The notes beneath the pieces are model-generated. The model was given only the letters and a program-made list of their open reading frames with translations. It did not search any database and was not told the DNA's origin. Below, piece by piece: positions 35,559 through 48,817 of a stretch of DNA of 64,000 nt. The position numbers and the translations under genes were made by a program. Origin of the DNA: Eutreptiella sp. 'Long Island Sound 2002' (taxonomy: Eukaryota; Protista; Euglenida); the NCBI GenBank assembly GCA_964036045.1, contig OZ038378.1, positions 189,410,001 to 189,474,000 of the forward strand. The letters are read 5' to 3'. How positions within the stretch are numbered: position 1 is the first letter of the stretch; the number at the start of each line of letters is the position of its first letter.

Positions 35559-38100
35559 TCACCGAGCTGGTGTCACCAGTAAAGTTGTGCAACCCTCTAA
35601 GGTCTAGAGTAGATTTCCCCTTTCTAGCCACGCGAAATGAGACAAATCAGAACTCCGTTGTGGTGCTTAGAATTCTGCCGAAGTTTTGGTGGGTGATGCC
35701 GATGAGTATGAAGTACAATCATGCAAGATTGAGCAAGAAACTCAACAGCCCAAGGATGGGTGCCGTAAATGAGGTGGCACGTTCCAAAAACTGTCAAAAG
35801 TGGCCACAATATGCTCGTATATGGCAGGTTATGGTACATGTGGTCGCGGTCATTTGCATTGGAACCAACATAGGTGATGAAAAAGCACCCTGCAGCACTG
35901 TATGGTAGATTTTGCAGCCAACTGGTAGCCTCTTTTGGCCAAAAACAGCCTTGACAGTGGCCATGATGCTGTCTTTTTCAACTATCACCTTCTTTTGCAT
36001 GTATTGCCTTGGAGATCAATAATGATGAATGGAGGGAACGCTTGGAAGCTATTTCCACACGAGCAACACCTGTCAATGCCCTATTGGCACCAGAGAGTGG
36101 GATCTGGGCACTGGGCACATGCCTGGGTCCCCTGTTGGTCAAAACATGGTCAAGATTGTTCCAAGATTGCTCCAAATTTCCAAATTTGTTCCTGGTCCAC
36201 CTAGTATGCCTGAAGTAGTGGCTTTGGCCCATTTTGAGCCTGTGGTGACCCGTTTTGCCACCTCCCCCTAATCAATCGACGGGAGCTTAAAGGGTGAGCC
36301 ATTTTGGGATCAGAATAGGGTCCAAAGGGGTCAAAAACGCAGAGGTTCAACTAGTGTCCAACGCATTTTCCCAAAGGTGATACCCATGGGGATGCCCAAA
36401 CGAGTATTTTTAGCCCTTTTTGAGCCTGTGGTGACCTGATTGGGCCTCCCAAAAGTTGTAAAAAGGCTGAAAATGGGCCAATTCAGGATCACAATAGGGT
36501 CAAACGGGGGTCGAACATGCATGTTTTCAAACGCTATCGTGGACACTGTGGGGTATTGGAAAGGGTGTTTTAGCCTGTGGTGACCTGCTTTGGCGCCCCA
36601 AGTTGTCCATTTTCAAGCCGACCAAAACAGGGTCCAAAAGGGTTCAAAATACATTTTTCGAACAGTGACCCTAGACTACCTAGAGTCCCGTGGGGTGCAC
36701 TCCACGGGTCCTAGGACGCCAACTACCCCCCACCACCACCCCCCAACAGTTAGTTGCCAAAGGTGCCGCCCTTTGGAGTCCATGGGCGCCGAAGGTGCCC
36801 GACGCTCCATGGGCACCAAAGGCGCACGAAGGAAAATTTTGTCCACTTTGCACCCCAACACTATCTTTAAACCCAATTTTCACCCTAACACCCACCCCAA
36901 CCCTCAGCCTAGTCCTGACCCCACACCTACACCTACCCCAAACCCCCACCCTCGCCCTAATCCTATCAAGACTGAATATTGGGACCGAGCTGGTGGGGGA
37001 GGGAACATCAGCTATGATTGGTGAGGGACATCAAGAATGATTCACACATTGATGACTCTTGGCAAAGTGAAATCAGCTTGCAAGTGAACCCCATCACCAC
37101 GAGGCCCACTTTCAAGGCTTTTAGGACTTCTGTGGGGCCAAAATGCCCCAAAATGGGTTCAAAATGGGCTCATTTCACCCGTTTGTGCAGCCCAAATGGT
37201 CTAGGATGAGGTTTGGAAAAATGTGTTTTTGACCCATTTTTGACCCATTTTTGGTCCCAAAACAGCCCATTTTCAAGGCATTTTGGGTTTTTCGGAGGAC
37301 CAAAATGGGCCACAACAAGCTCAAAACGTTCCAAAAACACTTGTTTTAGCGTCGCACATGGTCTAGGATCATTTTTGAGAAAAGTCATCTTTTTGCCCCT
37401 ATTGGACCCTGTTGACCCATTTGGGCACCCACCTGTTTGGGCTTGAGCTTGCAGCTTGCCGCAGCCTAGTGGGCCTAGGTATTGGGGTGTAGGCGTCCGT
37501 TTAGGCAATTCTGAGGGGTGGAAACCACAAAAAGTGGGTGTTTGCGGGTGGAGTAGGTGCCCTCGGAATCGCATTTTGAGCCATGTAGCCAAAGATATGG
37601 CCTATTCTTGGTTTGTGGCTGTCAGCATTTGGAGCTTCTGGGGGCCTTTTTGGGCCGTTTCCGGGACATATCATGGAGTTAGAGGGCCGCAAAGGGCTCG
37701 TTGACACAGGGAAGTCAAGCCGCACGTGCAATGTACCCACCGTTTCCCTTCGTTTGGCCGTTTTGAATGTGTTCGAGGGCTGTTTTGGCCCAAAAATGGC
37801 TGTTTTTGGCCCTAAACTGCAGTTTTTGAAACCGAGGTCCGTCACTTGCGAATCCCGTTCCCGGCCGCCACCGTTGAGTTTCTTGCTCAAACTTTGTGTG
37901 ATTGTACTTCACACCCATAGGTATCATCCACCATAATTTCACCTGAATTTGAAGCACCACGACGGAGTTCTGATTTTTCCCCATTTCGCGCGTGCTGCTG
38001 CTTGCTGCTTGTTGCTGCTTGCTGCTTGCTAAACCTGGTAGGTCCACCCTAGACACTAAAAAGGGTTATAAAACCAAGACTGGTTCCACCAGCTCGGTGA
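35559..38100. mobile_element. About 2.5-kb segment bounded by long imperfect inverted repeats (foldback/MULE-like, or two opposed copies of one repeat)
   Basis: 35559-about 35770 aligns with the reverse complement of about 37850-38100 (TCACCGAGCTGGTG...AAATCAGAACTCCGT-GTGGTGCTT...GAAGTACAATCA...TGAGCAAGAAACTCAAC). No transposase or TSD seen. Confidence 0.55.
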
Positions 38101-40379
38101 ACCTAGCCCTAGCTCTAACCCTAGGCTAGGGTCAGAGTTATTGTTGGGGTCCAAAATGGAGAGCAATCATGTGGCAACAGCAGCCATGAACGAAATTTGG
38201 GGGATCTTGTTCAGCCTAATCAACATGGCTGGCATGGCCGAACCAACTTGCTGCAAAGTTTCGGGTTAGGTTTAGGGTGATGGTATGGTTAGAGCCCCCC
38301 CCCCCCCCCAAGGGGGCCTCTGGCCAACGGCCACTTGGGGGGGTAGTTGGCGTCCAAAACCGAGGAGTCGACCCCCCCCCCCCATGCCGAGGATGGTTCT
38401 CCAAGTAGTTTTGGCCTATCTAGAGCCTACATACACCCTTTTCGGCCTTTTGACCATGCGTTGATACATCCAGGTTGCACTATTTTTTGGAAGATGTCTC
38501 CACGCGGCTGTCTGGTGGTACAAAAAAGGGCCACAAACAAGGATGGAGACGAAGGCGCGGTTCGCTGTCTGTGGGGTACATGGTTCATAGTGTGCAATGT
38601 TCGTGTCCTCACGACCTTGGTCCCAATATTCAGTCCTAGTAACTTAGGCTCGTTCCACTGATCCTTCTTAATGCTTCAGGGAGCCTGGGTGATCTACTCA
38701 GGCACCCCATATACACCCCCATATAATTCCAGCAAGGGGGGCTGGGCAAGGGGCGCCCTTGGCTGGTTGGGCTCCAAACACCTGAGCAAGCATCTCAGAA
38801 CGGTCCGCTTCTTGTGCCGATTGGAAAATTTTTCGCCCCTCCTAACCATTCAAGATCCTGAAGCCTTGGGTAAGCGAGGGAATGGTGCACAGCATTGCTA
38901 GCGGTCCCGTGCAGCGTGGGTCTCCGATCTCGCCAGAACCGCTTGCATGTGGGCTGCACGCAAGCATGGCCAGGCAGAATCCCCCCTCTGACCGGCGTTT
39001 TCCTTGACTTCGGCCGTGCGAGAGGGACTGGAGTCAACAAGAAAGCAACACGTATGTGTGGCAACCGTTGTCAGAAATGTGTGCCACACAGCGATCCACA
39101 CAATTCAGATACATGGTTTAGTGCAGTGATTTGTGACATGGCAGCAAGGCATCTTTTTAGGCACAAGTTTGTTCAAAACCATCACTATTTGGCACAGTGA
39201 GAGTCGGACGGCTCATTTTTTTAAGTGGTCAGTGCCCAGTCATGTGAGCGAAATTGGCTCATTTGTCTCTGTTTGCACCTTCGTGCTCGATATCTGCCGC
39301 ATGGTACGACATACAACATGCTACGGTCGCAAGGGACCCACCTGCCCTGCCCATCCGCTCCAATACCAACGTGGATCGCCGCGCCGGGCTGTCCGAAACA
39401 ATCATGGGGAATGTCTCACCGTCGGTTCAGATTGAGGCTCGAGACGGGCCGGGGTCAGGCCAGGGTCACGCCCCTAGTCTAGGGGCAACGTGTGCTTAGC
39501 AGCGGAGCTCAAACATGCCCCCAAGGCCTGCTGAAAATCAGTCAGACTTTGCAGTTGAGCAGTGATCAATTGAGTCATGGCCGTTTACAATTATTTACAT
39601 CGGACAGGCAGTGCACGCCTGTCTACTTGTTTCGGCGTTGTTTTCGTGGTCCTGAACGAAGATCTACAATACTCTTCTGAGACAGCTTTAAAAAATGCTG
39701 TGGGCAGTATCTGGCAGTTTTTTTGGGGGTCCAACACTTTCATCCTCGCGAAATTTGCCGTTTCGGTGGCAGCTTTTGCCGCTGTATGTGGCTTCTGCAG
39801 GCCCAGCGCGGGATTCCAATCTGCACCCCCAGTTCTCCTGAATGTATTGTGGTCTTTAGATGAAACCGCCTGACATCTACTTGAGCCCCTTTCCCCATCA
39901 CGCTTTGACAGCCCCACTGAATGCCCGGGATCCCCTAACCCATGGCGGGGATCCCGATCCTATCTCCAGGTAACCGGATGCGGCCCAGAAGGAGCCGGGG
40001 GGGGGGGAGGGGGTCTCAAAAAGGGGCTCAAACGTCCGAGCCCTCATTGTGAGGACTTACCGGCCGGGACACCAACAAATCGAAACGAATTCCCCATCAT
40101 ACAGCGCGCGGTGCAAAAACACCCTCTTGGGCTGTCACGCAGTGGTGGCAGTGGTAGCGACGGTGCACATCAGCTCTCTGTGGGCTCACGCACAGCTGAC
40201 CTGAAATTTTGCGAATTTGGACCATCCACACCCCGTGTTTGAGACAGACCGTGCATAGCCAGGGCAGTCTTCAAGGACACACACGGTGTTGTGCCAATTG
40301 TCGGCGGCATTCTAAGTGCCGCGGTCCTGACTGAAAACAGGATCTGGACACCAAAGATGAGTGTTGCACAGAGAATCGG

Positions 40380-40384
<5 letters not shown>

Positions 40385-40428
<44 letters not shown>
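40385..40428. repeat. (AG)n microsatellite
   Basis: Directly visible. Confidence 0.95.
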
Positions 40429-40432
<4 letters not shown>

Positions 40433-40649
40433 TATCAAGTGCAAAAAAATTCACGCACACTACCGGACCTTTGTGTTGCTGTTCCCCCCCCCCCTTGCGA
40501 TTTCCCTACCCTTGCAATTCCCCTGGTGGGCGGGGGAACCACCACCTCGGGAATTTTGCAGAACTGGACAATTGTTCTTTGTACAAGCATTGGCTGTTGT
40601 GCCTGTGTTGTCCTTTTGCCTTGACAGTGTGTCAAACATGCCCAAATAG

Positions 40650-40930
40650 TCTTTACCCATGCCCATGCATATATAGGGGCGTGGGGACACTTTGCACTGC
40701 CGAAAAGCCCCCAATTTATGGGCATGGGGACAGCCTTTTGGCAGTGCAAAGTGTCCCCATCCCCATATATAGGGGGCTTTTGGCAGTGCAAAGTGTCCCC
40801 ATGCCCATAAAGGGGGCTTTTTGGCAGTGCAAAGTGTCTCCATGCTCATATGTAGTGGGCTTTTTGGTCGTGCAAAGTGTCCCCAGGCCTGTATGTAGGG
40901 GGACTTTTGGCAGTGCAAAGTGTCCCCAGC
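40650..40930. repeat. 41-43-bp minisatellite (5 copies) preceded by an inverted copy
   Basis: The GCAGTGCAAAGTGTC core recurs at 40741, 40783, 40824, 40867 (variant) and 40910, with the reverse complement at about 40683-40705. Confidence 0.85.
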
Positions 40931-41201
40931 ACAGGCCACTAGAAGTGCACTCTGCTGCATCAATCTTCCTCTCTGAATGGGCCATTCTGCATGTTCTCTA
41001 TTTCAGGGGTGCGTTGAGCACACTGCCCCAGCAGCCAAAGAAGGCTGTTTGGCTGCTAGGGAACACTAGGCAACACCAATTTGTGTCGCTTGTGGGGCAA
41101 AGGAAGAATGTGTTCTGCCACTACCGCTACGGTACTAATGTGTTGTTGTTTGGTGTTACATACGAGGCATGGTGCAGGAGGTGGGTTTGGTTATTGGGAT
41201 T

Positions 41202-41270
41202 TCCTTCCTTCCTTCCTTCCTTCCTTCCTTCCTTCCTTCCTTCCTTCCTTCCTTCCTTCCTTCCTTCCTT
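41202..41270. repeat. (TTCC)n microsatellite
   Basis: Directly visible. Confidence 0.95.
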
Positions 41271-42185
41271 CTTAGAACTGTTTAATTGCGGCTCCTCCTA
41301 TGTGCTGCCAGCCATGGTATTTGCCCAGTGCAACATGGGAGCTACAATCAGGGGCATTGCGGGTGACAATTACGGGGAACATTTAGTACATTGTGGAAGC
41401 CACGGTGGACGCCATGGGCAAGACACTTCCCCGCTTTAATTTCCCTTATGGCAAATACCCCAATTTAGTGGCAGCAGCTAGTGAAACCGTCGTTTTCTGT
41501 GCCCTTGGTGCTGCCTGCGCAAGGGGGAGGGGGGGGTAGTGCATATGATGCCCAACTTTCGGAAAGGGGTTTTATCCCCATTGACCAAGAGACTCTACCA
41601 AAGACCAGTGTATGCCTTTCAGGCCAAGATTGCATTCTCACTCATTGTTGGCTTCCCATGACTACGACAAAAGCCACATGCCATGCTACTATGTTTATAA
41701 CAAACAACGTTTGCCTTACTCCAATTGCTGCAAACAAGGGAAACGAACAATTTTTGGAGGGCCCTAACAAATTGGACAAAGACAAGCCCATCATTTTGGG
41801 CAAGGGATTAGGCAGTGCATGGCTAACGTCCCACTTGGTGAACATGCTTGTCATACAATATTGTCTTGTGACACAGGGTTGTGTATGCTTGGGGAATTGT
41901 GAGTCACTTGGTGTCCAGTCCATGGATGTCGCAGGCTGTGCATACATGGCCGTTGCTTCATGAAGGTACCGATTGTCACATGATGCCCCATCACCATAAT
42001 CTGCTGTGTTGCTACAAAGGGCAAGAAGGAGTGAAGGTGCGTGGTGAGTGTGCATGGTGCCGTAACTATGTGTCAATGGCGTTAATCAAACCCCTCAACA
42101 GCCACCAAACACCTTTATACAACCCACTTCCACACAAGTTCTTATTGGACCAGCCCCCATCACTGTCCAACGTCCAACAGCCATG

Positions 42186-42920
42186 GGGGGCGCCTTAAGC
42201 GCAGTGCGCGCGCAGTGCAACTATTTGGACGTCTGGCCGTACTGGAGACCCATGCTTTGAGATACTAGGGGCATCATTGGTGCCCCGTGGCGTAGGTTTT
42301 GATGCTTTTTCCACATTGGGGATATGGCATTTTTGGATTTTCACCCATTTTCACACATTTCCACCCTTTTTCACACCTTTTTGCTGATCTCCACCACATC
42401 CACTCTTTTCTAGGAGGGAGCGTAAGTATGGGCATGATGAGATACTTCCACGTGAACATTTGTTCCGCTTCTTTTTTCTTCCCTAAGCACACTCCACCTC
42501 ATAGGTGTGCTCATCTCCTCTCTGGAGCAACGGGGTGCTCTGAGGAGGCTTGGTGGGCAAGTGTGCATCGTGTTCGTTCTTACTTGAATGGTGTTGTCGC
42601 TGAAATTCAATGGGCGGAAAGATTGTCGGAGTGGAACCAGGTCCCACACTTTCCTTATTTTGTGACGCATTACGTGGATAGCATGCCCATTGCTTCCATA
42701 GGAGGCATCCTTTGTGATGTCCCATTTAATCCTAAATACGCCGGGTGCGTATATAAAGTTACGGTTGCCATCGACAGTCTTGGCAACATCGTGTGGATTT
42801 GTGGGGCAGTTTGGGTCACCTAATTCTAAGGGCGTTTCCAATGGGTGTGTCTGGGGGCTCTTCGGGGGGAACATAGTCTAAAAGTAGCGCGCAGTGCGCG
42901 CGCAGTGCAAGGATTCCCCC
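42186..42920 (+). mobile_element. PIF/Harbinger internal-deletion derivative carrying the N-terminal half of a DDE transposase
   Basis: GGGGG...CCCCC termini flanked by a perfect 3-bp TSD (ATG at 42183-42185 and 42921-42923), with subterminal GCGCAGTGC repeats at both ends. Translation YVDSMPI...FNPKYAGCVYKVTVAIDSLGNIVWICG (about 42665-42810) fits the DDE_Tnp_4 pattern. Confidence 0.8.
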
Positions 42921-43595
42921 ATGAATGGCTTTGCAACCGCTCTGCTACACCCTTCCTTGGGTCTCTTTTCCCTTGTTGCTAGCTCGATCATGCATGACAA
43001 GAGTGATCGGTGGGTTTGATACAATGCCTGGGTGGCATTGATATCGGCCCCAGGGATGTACCACCAGATATCTATCAAGAAATCATGCAAGGCGGGAGAA
43101 AATCGTTGCACACTGGGAGACAGCAGAATTGCTTGCCTACTGTGTTGCTACATTGCGTTGCTGTACAGAGGTGGTGTGTGCAAAATATTAAGAGTTTCCC
43201 CCTCATTTCCTCCCGTCTCCTACCACCCCGTCCAGTTTCCTCTCACCTTCTTGTGATATTGTGCAACAGTACATCTTCCCCATTCTTCCCTCATCCTGCC
43301 CTTTTCCTCGTTTTCCCCCATTTTCCCATTTCTGTGGGTGAGTTGAGTAGAGTGGCAGTGGCTTAGGACTTGAACGTAAGTCGTCAGCGAAGGCACATCC
43401 TGGTGCTGGTCCCACCTGGCTCTGCTGGGATTTCTCAGTGTTTTCATGCTGACCATTGAACGGTGCTTTGGTTGTACTCGTACTCTTTCAACCCCGCAGC
43501 AGCCTCTTCAGCGAAGCAGTGTGGGTGCAACAAAACCAGGCCATGGGGCTGCATGTCGTTTCTCACCGTTTGGCAGATGTAATTTTGCTTTGGCC

Positions 43596-46436
43596 ATGGC
43601 TGTCAAACAGCCGCGGGCTCCTGTCACCAACAATGCCATCAAATATGCGACGGCAATGATGCGGTCGGAGAGTGCCATGTTGGATGCGAATCTTGCGGAA
43701 GACTTTAGCACGGTTTTGGAGGGGCAGTGCATCTATTTACCCCACTTCCTCTGTGCGCTGGACGACCGAAGCATCTTCGATGGCCTCAAGGCCGACCTTG
43801 AGAAGAACACTGAAGAGGGAATGATCAACTGGAGCCGGCATTTGAGGCACGAGAATCCGGATTTCTCTCCAACATTTCAGGATGTCCTGGCGCAGGTGCG
43901 TGTCCGAGTGCCCATAGATTTGCTTTTTGGTGGGTCGCCATTTTGGGGGCCGGGGTCCAGCCAAGCATGTTTGCAACAAGGTGTGCCTTCAGTATTGCGC
44001 TATTCCCCTTCCCCGCCCCGGTAGCGATGTGGTGGTGCTCTACTGAGAGCCGTCCTGAGATAGTCATACCGAAAATGCTTGGCTGCCTGGTCGTGCGCTC
44101 CTGCCCTTTGTGGACCCCAATCCGGCAAAATGCATGGTGCCACGTCTCCTCCCTCCTTCTCCAGGAATTCCCAATATGGCAAGGGTCATGTGGCCACTCT
44201 ACTTGCTCATTTGTGGCAGTGAGGTGTGGTCAGCAACATATGTCACGACAGCGCGAATGAGTTGCATCATTTGGTGCTCGTTTTGTTGCACTTCACACAC
44301 TTCACACCGTTTTATATTCAAAGCCAGGTCCATCACCGCCCCCACGGGCCATGGGCCATGGGAAGTAGACCCCTCACTGGTGGGCAACGTTTGATGCAAC
44401 CAACACAGCTGCCATGTAAGATTATTGACCCACACTATCATGGGGACGAAACTGTGTATCAGCCACAGTAGATATCATATTTTTCAGGTATTTTGAACTG
44501 GAAATTTGGTGTTCTGTTGTGTGCTCTGCAGGTGGGCTGGCACCTAATTGCGTTTCTTGAACTTGCGGAAAGGGGGTGCTTGCCAGGAGTTTCAGTGCTT
44601 TATCCTTTATGGGTTTATGGGGAATGGGAAAGCTCGTGGATCACAGCGCAAGGGTTGGGCAGAGACGCTGTTGTGCACGAGTTTCAAGTCAACATGCCAT
44701 ATGCTCACGGTGGCGTCCCAGGCCAAAGACAGAGGGAACGTTTGCGTGCCGGGCGCGCACCGGGCATCTTTTTGGGCCGCAATCAACCCGAGCAACTCCA
44801 TCCCAAGCAACCGCTGTGATGCCTCCCAGATCCGGGGACCCCAAAAGGCAGGGGTTCGGGAGCCACTTGTTATTGCGTTCATTCGCGCCGCGCAACGCTC
44901 CCTCACAGGGCGGTCAACCCGCCACCAAATAAGTGAATTCTGGTGTGCGTTGCAAGCAGCTGAAGGTAACCCGCGGTGCTTCGAGGGTGTTTAACAGCAG
45001 TTTGAGGGTAACGAACAGCGACGGGAGGAAGGCGATGGCACGGTGTCCTTGGAGCCTGCCCTGGCCTGAGGGGACTGCGCAGGACAGAAATATCGTACTG
45101 CCCCCCTCCCAAGCAGTAGATCATCCTTCACTGGTTCTGAACTGCGCACTGGACATACCAGTCGAGTATGTTTTACCTCCTCGCCCCCCTGGGCCTTCCC
45201 CCTCCCCTTCCCCTGATCCCATATGTCATCATGTTTTCCACTGCGGTTTGCAGCTCAGCACCTACTTCGACGTCGAGATCTATGCCTCCCGTCTCAATTA
45301 CTACCGGGACGGGACGGATTGGAAGCCATTCCACCACGACAGTCACGCGTATGGCGGCAGGGCTGAGAGGGAAGACATGACCGTGGGCGCGTCTTTTGGA
45401 GCCAATCGTGACCTCACGTTTCTTCATGAGCCCTCGGGGCACACGTTTTCATTCCCGCAGCAGAACGGCGACGTCTTTGCCTTCACAACAGTGGTCAACA
45501 AGCGGTTCAAGCACGGGGTGCCCAAGAGCACCGCGAAGGTCCCACGCCCGCCATTATGTGTGCGCAGCTGTGGCAGTCCATTTGCGCAGCTGTGCACGTT
45601 GGTGCGAGTGCTGCGTGCGCGCGCATGCGACCTCCCCTTTCGCCACACACACAGACACCCACACCACACAAAGCCATGGTGGTGAGCATGGCACACGGAC
45701 GTCCCACTCCGACATCACGGGCCCAGGCGGCCAGCACCCACCTCCAGTCTCCACGAAACCACTCTCCACGACCGCGTGTACTCCTACCCTCCACAAAGAC
45801 ATGCACCCGTCTCCATAAAACCGCATGCGCCCCTACCACTTCACAAAAAACATGCGCCCTCGCTCTCCAAAACAGAAGGGGGGTTCGTGTGGACCGGGAA
45901 CGCCTTTCAGACCCACCAAGCGGACCCCCTCCCCCGTTCGGTCTGGTAATGAGCGGCTCAAGTGCCCCCAGGAGGATTTTCGAGGTTTCGTTTCGGTTGG
46001 GCTCGTGCCTGTGCCTTTGGTGGTGCACCCCCACGGAAGGAGATGGCCTCCCCTGAGTGTGAACGCCATGCCCCAGGCCGCACCCGTTGCCATTCAGATC
46101 GGCGAGCGGTTCTCGATCATTCTCTGGGGCAAGCGACGGTCCCTGACGCCGCAGAACGGGGGCAAACCGCAGCAGTGCAGCAAGCCCGTCAGCGCCGGGC
46201 CATTGCCCACACGCACGCATTTCGCGAGTGTTCAGAAAGACATTCTGAAACTGTCGGCCGAGATGAACCAGATGGCACTGGGGCAGCAGAATGTGGGGGC
46301 ATCTGGGCCCAACGGCCCCGTCACTGGGGCCTTGCAGGGACATACGACGGAGGAGTCCGCGAAGAAGAAGCCCGCGAAAAAGAAGAGCAGGCTGCAGGGG
46401 GCCCTTGGGGGGGCTCCCAAGAAAGATCGGCCGTGA
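43596..46436 (+). CDS. AlkB-like 2OG-Fe(II) dioxygenase; 3 exons
   Basis: Exons 43596-43895, 45254-45538 and 46098-46436, GT-AG, phases 0/0, 307 aa. Motifs RLNYYRDGTDWKPFHHDSH (HxD), VGASFGANRDLTF, FKHGVP (distal His) and RFSIILWG (2OG-binding Arg), then a Lys-rich tail. Confidence 0.88.
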
Positions 46437-48165
46437 GACGCTTCAAACAGGAAGGCCTGGGGCTCAGCCAAACAGGGGCTGGGCTGGTCAAGACCGGGCC
46501 GGCGGGTGAATCATCGCTGCCGCTGGCGGTTTGGTGCAGGAAGAGCTTGTGGTTGCACAGTCCAGTGCGACTGCGCAATGGTTCGGGGGCCGCCTGCCCG
46601 AAAGGGGCGTTGTCACTGGGCACGAGTGACGGCGCAATCCGGCAGGATCGCATGCGATCGTGACCGACGGTTGCCGGCAGTCGTTGGCCCAACAGTAGCC
46701 GTGCCGGACCTGATAACGGAGCCGTCATTGCTTGGCGAGGCTTATGGATGTGGACCATGGGTACGGGGAGGCGCGAAGCCTGTGTGGCCCTGTGCTCCAG
46801 CGTGACGTGGAGGAACGCTTCGCAAAAGTGGTAATAGGAGCATGGGCCGATTTGGTGTTTTGTTTGCCCCCTTGCACCCGCCCACCTCTCGTTCTTTCAC
46901 TTCGCCTGGCGCACCGCAGCGACCCGGCAATGCCACGAAATAGACGCCTGAAGGGAGGGTGAACAATTCGGTGACTCTGATGACTTGCACACTTTTGCGC
47001 CCTTTGTGCTGTGGCTTAGGCGTCTCGCACCTCCTGCGATGTGTGACGTCCTGTGCATGGGATGAGGGGCATAGGGCCAATCTAGCCCTTGACCTGGGCC
47101 TGGAGGCAGAGGGGGGGGCACATGTCCATCGCTGCCCGGGTCACACTATTGGAATCCGCGAACGGTCACAGGGGACCTTCGAGAGCATCAGGGCGAGTCA
47201 GTGCCAAGCATCTTTTTAGGCCTAGACGTCCCTGACCAGGCCTGTCACAAGCACCATCCAAGACCTCCGTGCCGCATGGGACTCCAATCTAGCAGTGCGT
47301 ACGCAGCCGTGTGAGTCCTCCTCCAACCCCAACACAGCGCAGAATATGCGGATGCGGATCCGCAGCCCCGTCGAAGAACGAGGGCAACTTGTTTCGTTGT
47401 TCTGCGGGCCGAAGGGCGCTGCTGCCTGTTGTACCGTCCCTCCAATCCTCCCCCTCCCTATTTCACCAGAAACGTAGAGAACACAAACGGCGTGTAGACT
47501 CCGCGCCGAAGCTCCACGACAAAACAATGGTTTGCTCAGAGGGCTGTGTCCAGAGACCTCGCAGTCCCTGCGACAGTGACCCGACACACCACTCCCGGAG
47601 CGGCACCTGTGAACCAGAGAAGGCAGCAACCAGAGCAATAAGAGCGACGATGATGCAGAGTGTAGGAAAGCTCTGCCCGAGACTCACCCACGCAAGGCAC
47701 CGACACACTCACACGTACAGCACCTTGCGGGAACTGTTGCGGGCCCCATTGGTCGGAATGCTGCGCGGGTCGACTGCTCCTCTCCCACCTCAACGATCGA
47801 GGGTGTCGATCAGGCCAAGGGTTGGCAGGGGCACGGGCAGAAGAGGGGCTCTTTCTGCCAGAACGACGAACCCACGCACTGCTTGAATCCGACGCCCCAG
47901 TGCACGGCTTGGGTATCCGCCATGTTGGCTGCTATGGGACCTGCTGCAACGTGCTGTCTCAACCCAACGTTTAACTCATGTACAGTTGTGTATCTCATAT
48001 TTCTGAACCCTCAGTTTTTCAAGAGGAATCAGTGTCGTGCCGGTCTGTCACGTGGGCCCGAAGTCGTATGATTTTTGGCATCATTTCTCTCAAACCTGTT
48101 GTGTGTGTGATGCATTGAATGTGGACGTCAATTTAGATTGAGTTTCGGGGGAGAAGTGCTGCAGC

Positions 48166-48519
48166 CAAGGCCAGTCCAATGAGTGGCGTTCCAAAATTGG
48201 TGGGAAGAAGCGTAACTTATGCACATGAGGGATGCATTGCGAATTACGGATCTGCCGTAAGTGCATCTTCAGTGTTCCGCGGGGTTCAGCACTTTTCTGT
48301 TGATCACAGGCTGTGTCATGCAGTGCACTATTCGCTTTTTCAAGGCCAGTCCAATGAATGAGTGGCGTTACAAAATTGGTGGGAAGAAGCGTAACTTATG
48401 CACATGAGGGATGCATTGCGAATTACGGATCTGCCGTGAGTGCATCTTCAGTGTTCCGCGGGGTTCAGCACTTTTCTGTTGATCACAGGCTGTGTCATGC
48501 AGTGCACTATTCGCTTTTT
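48166..48519. repeat. Recent tandem duplication (175 + 179 bp)
   Basis: 48166-48340 and 48341-48519 are nearly identical, with a 4-nt insertion in the second copy. Confidence 0.9.
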
Positions 48520-48817
48520 CTGCCAAAAACAACCAGTTCGGCGTCCAAGCACGTGACCCTTCCACCTTGCGGGGGAATTTTCTCCTTTTCCGCCTATTGT
48601 GTCAACCCAGACTGCTCCGATTGTTATGCAGAGTTCAAAGATGAAATAGAATAATGACACAAATATGCAACAAATCGACCCTTCCCTCGCCACCCAGGCC
48701 TTTGTCGCCAGACACCACGCACAATGCTGTGTGGCCCCCAGTTGGCAGAGGCCCGGCTATGGCAGGGGTTATGGGGCAGATTGCATCTACAGCTGTGGCC
48801 CCAATACAGCAGGTTAT

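Noticed and set aside
40650-40930. CRISPR-like array (conserved core of about 24 bp with variable intervening bases)
   Set aside because: The intervening 17-19 bp are homologous to one another rather than unique spacers, there are no cas genes, and the context is eukaryotic. It is a minisatellite.
40291-41439. 382-aa ORF
   Set aside because: It is built largely from (AG)n, the 41-43-bp minisatellite and (TTCC)n, and shows no domain.
4831-46436. Genome-wide TGA=Trp genetic code
   Set aside because: The bestrophin, DUF1769, fucosyltransferase and AlkB-like genes all appear to end at TGA right after non-conserved tails, and Trp is otherwise encoded by TGG.
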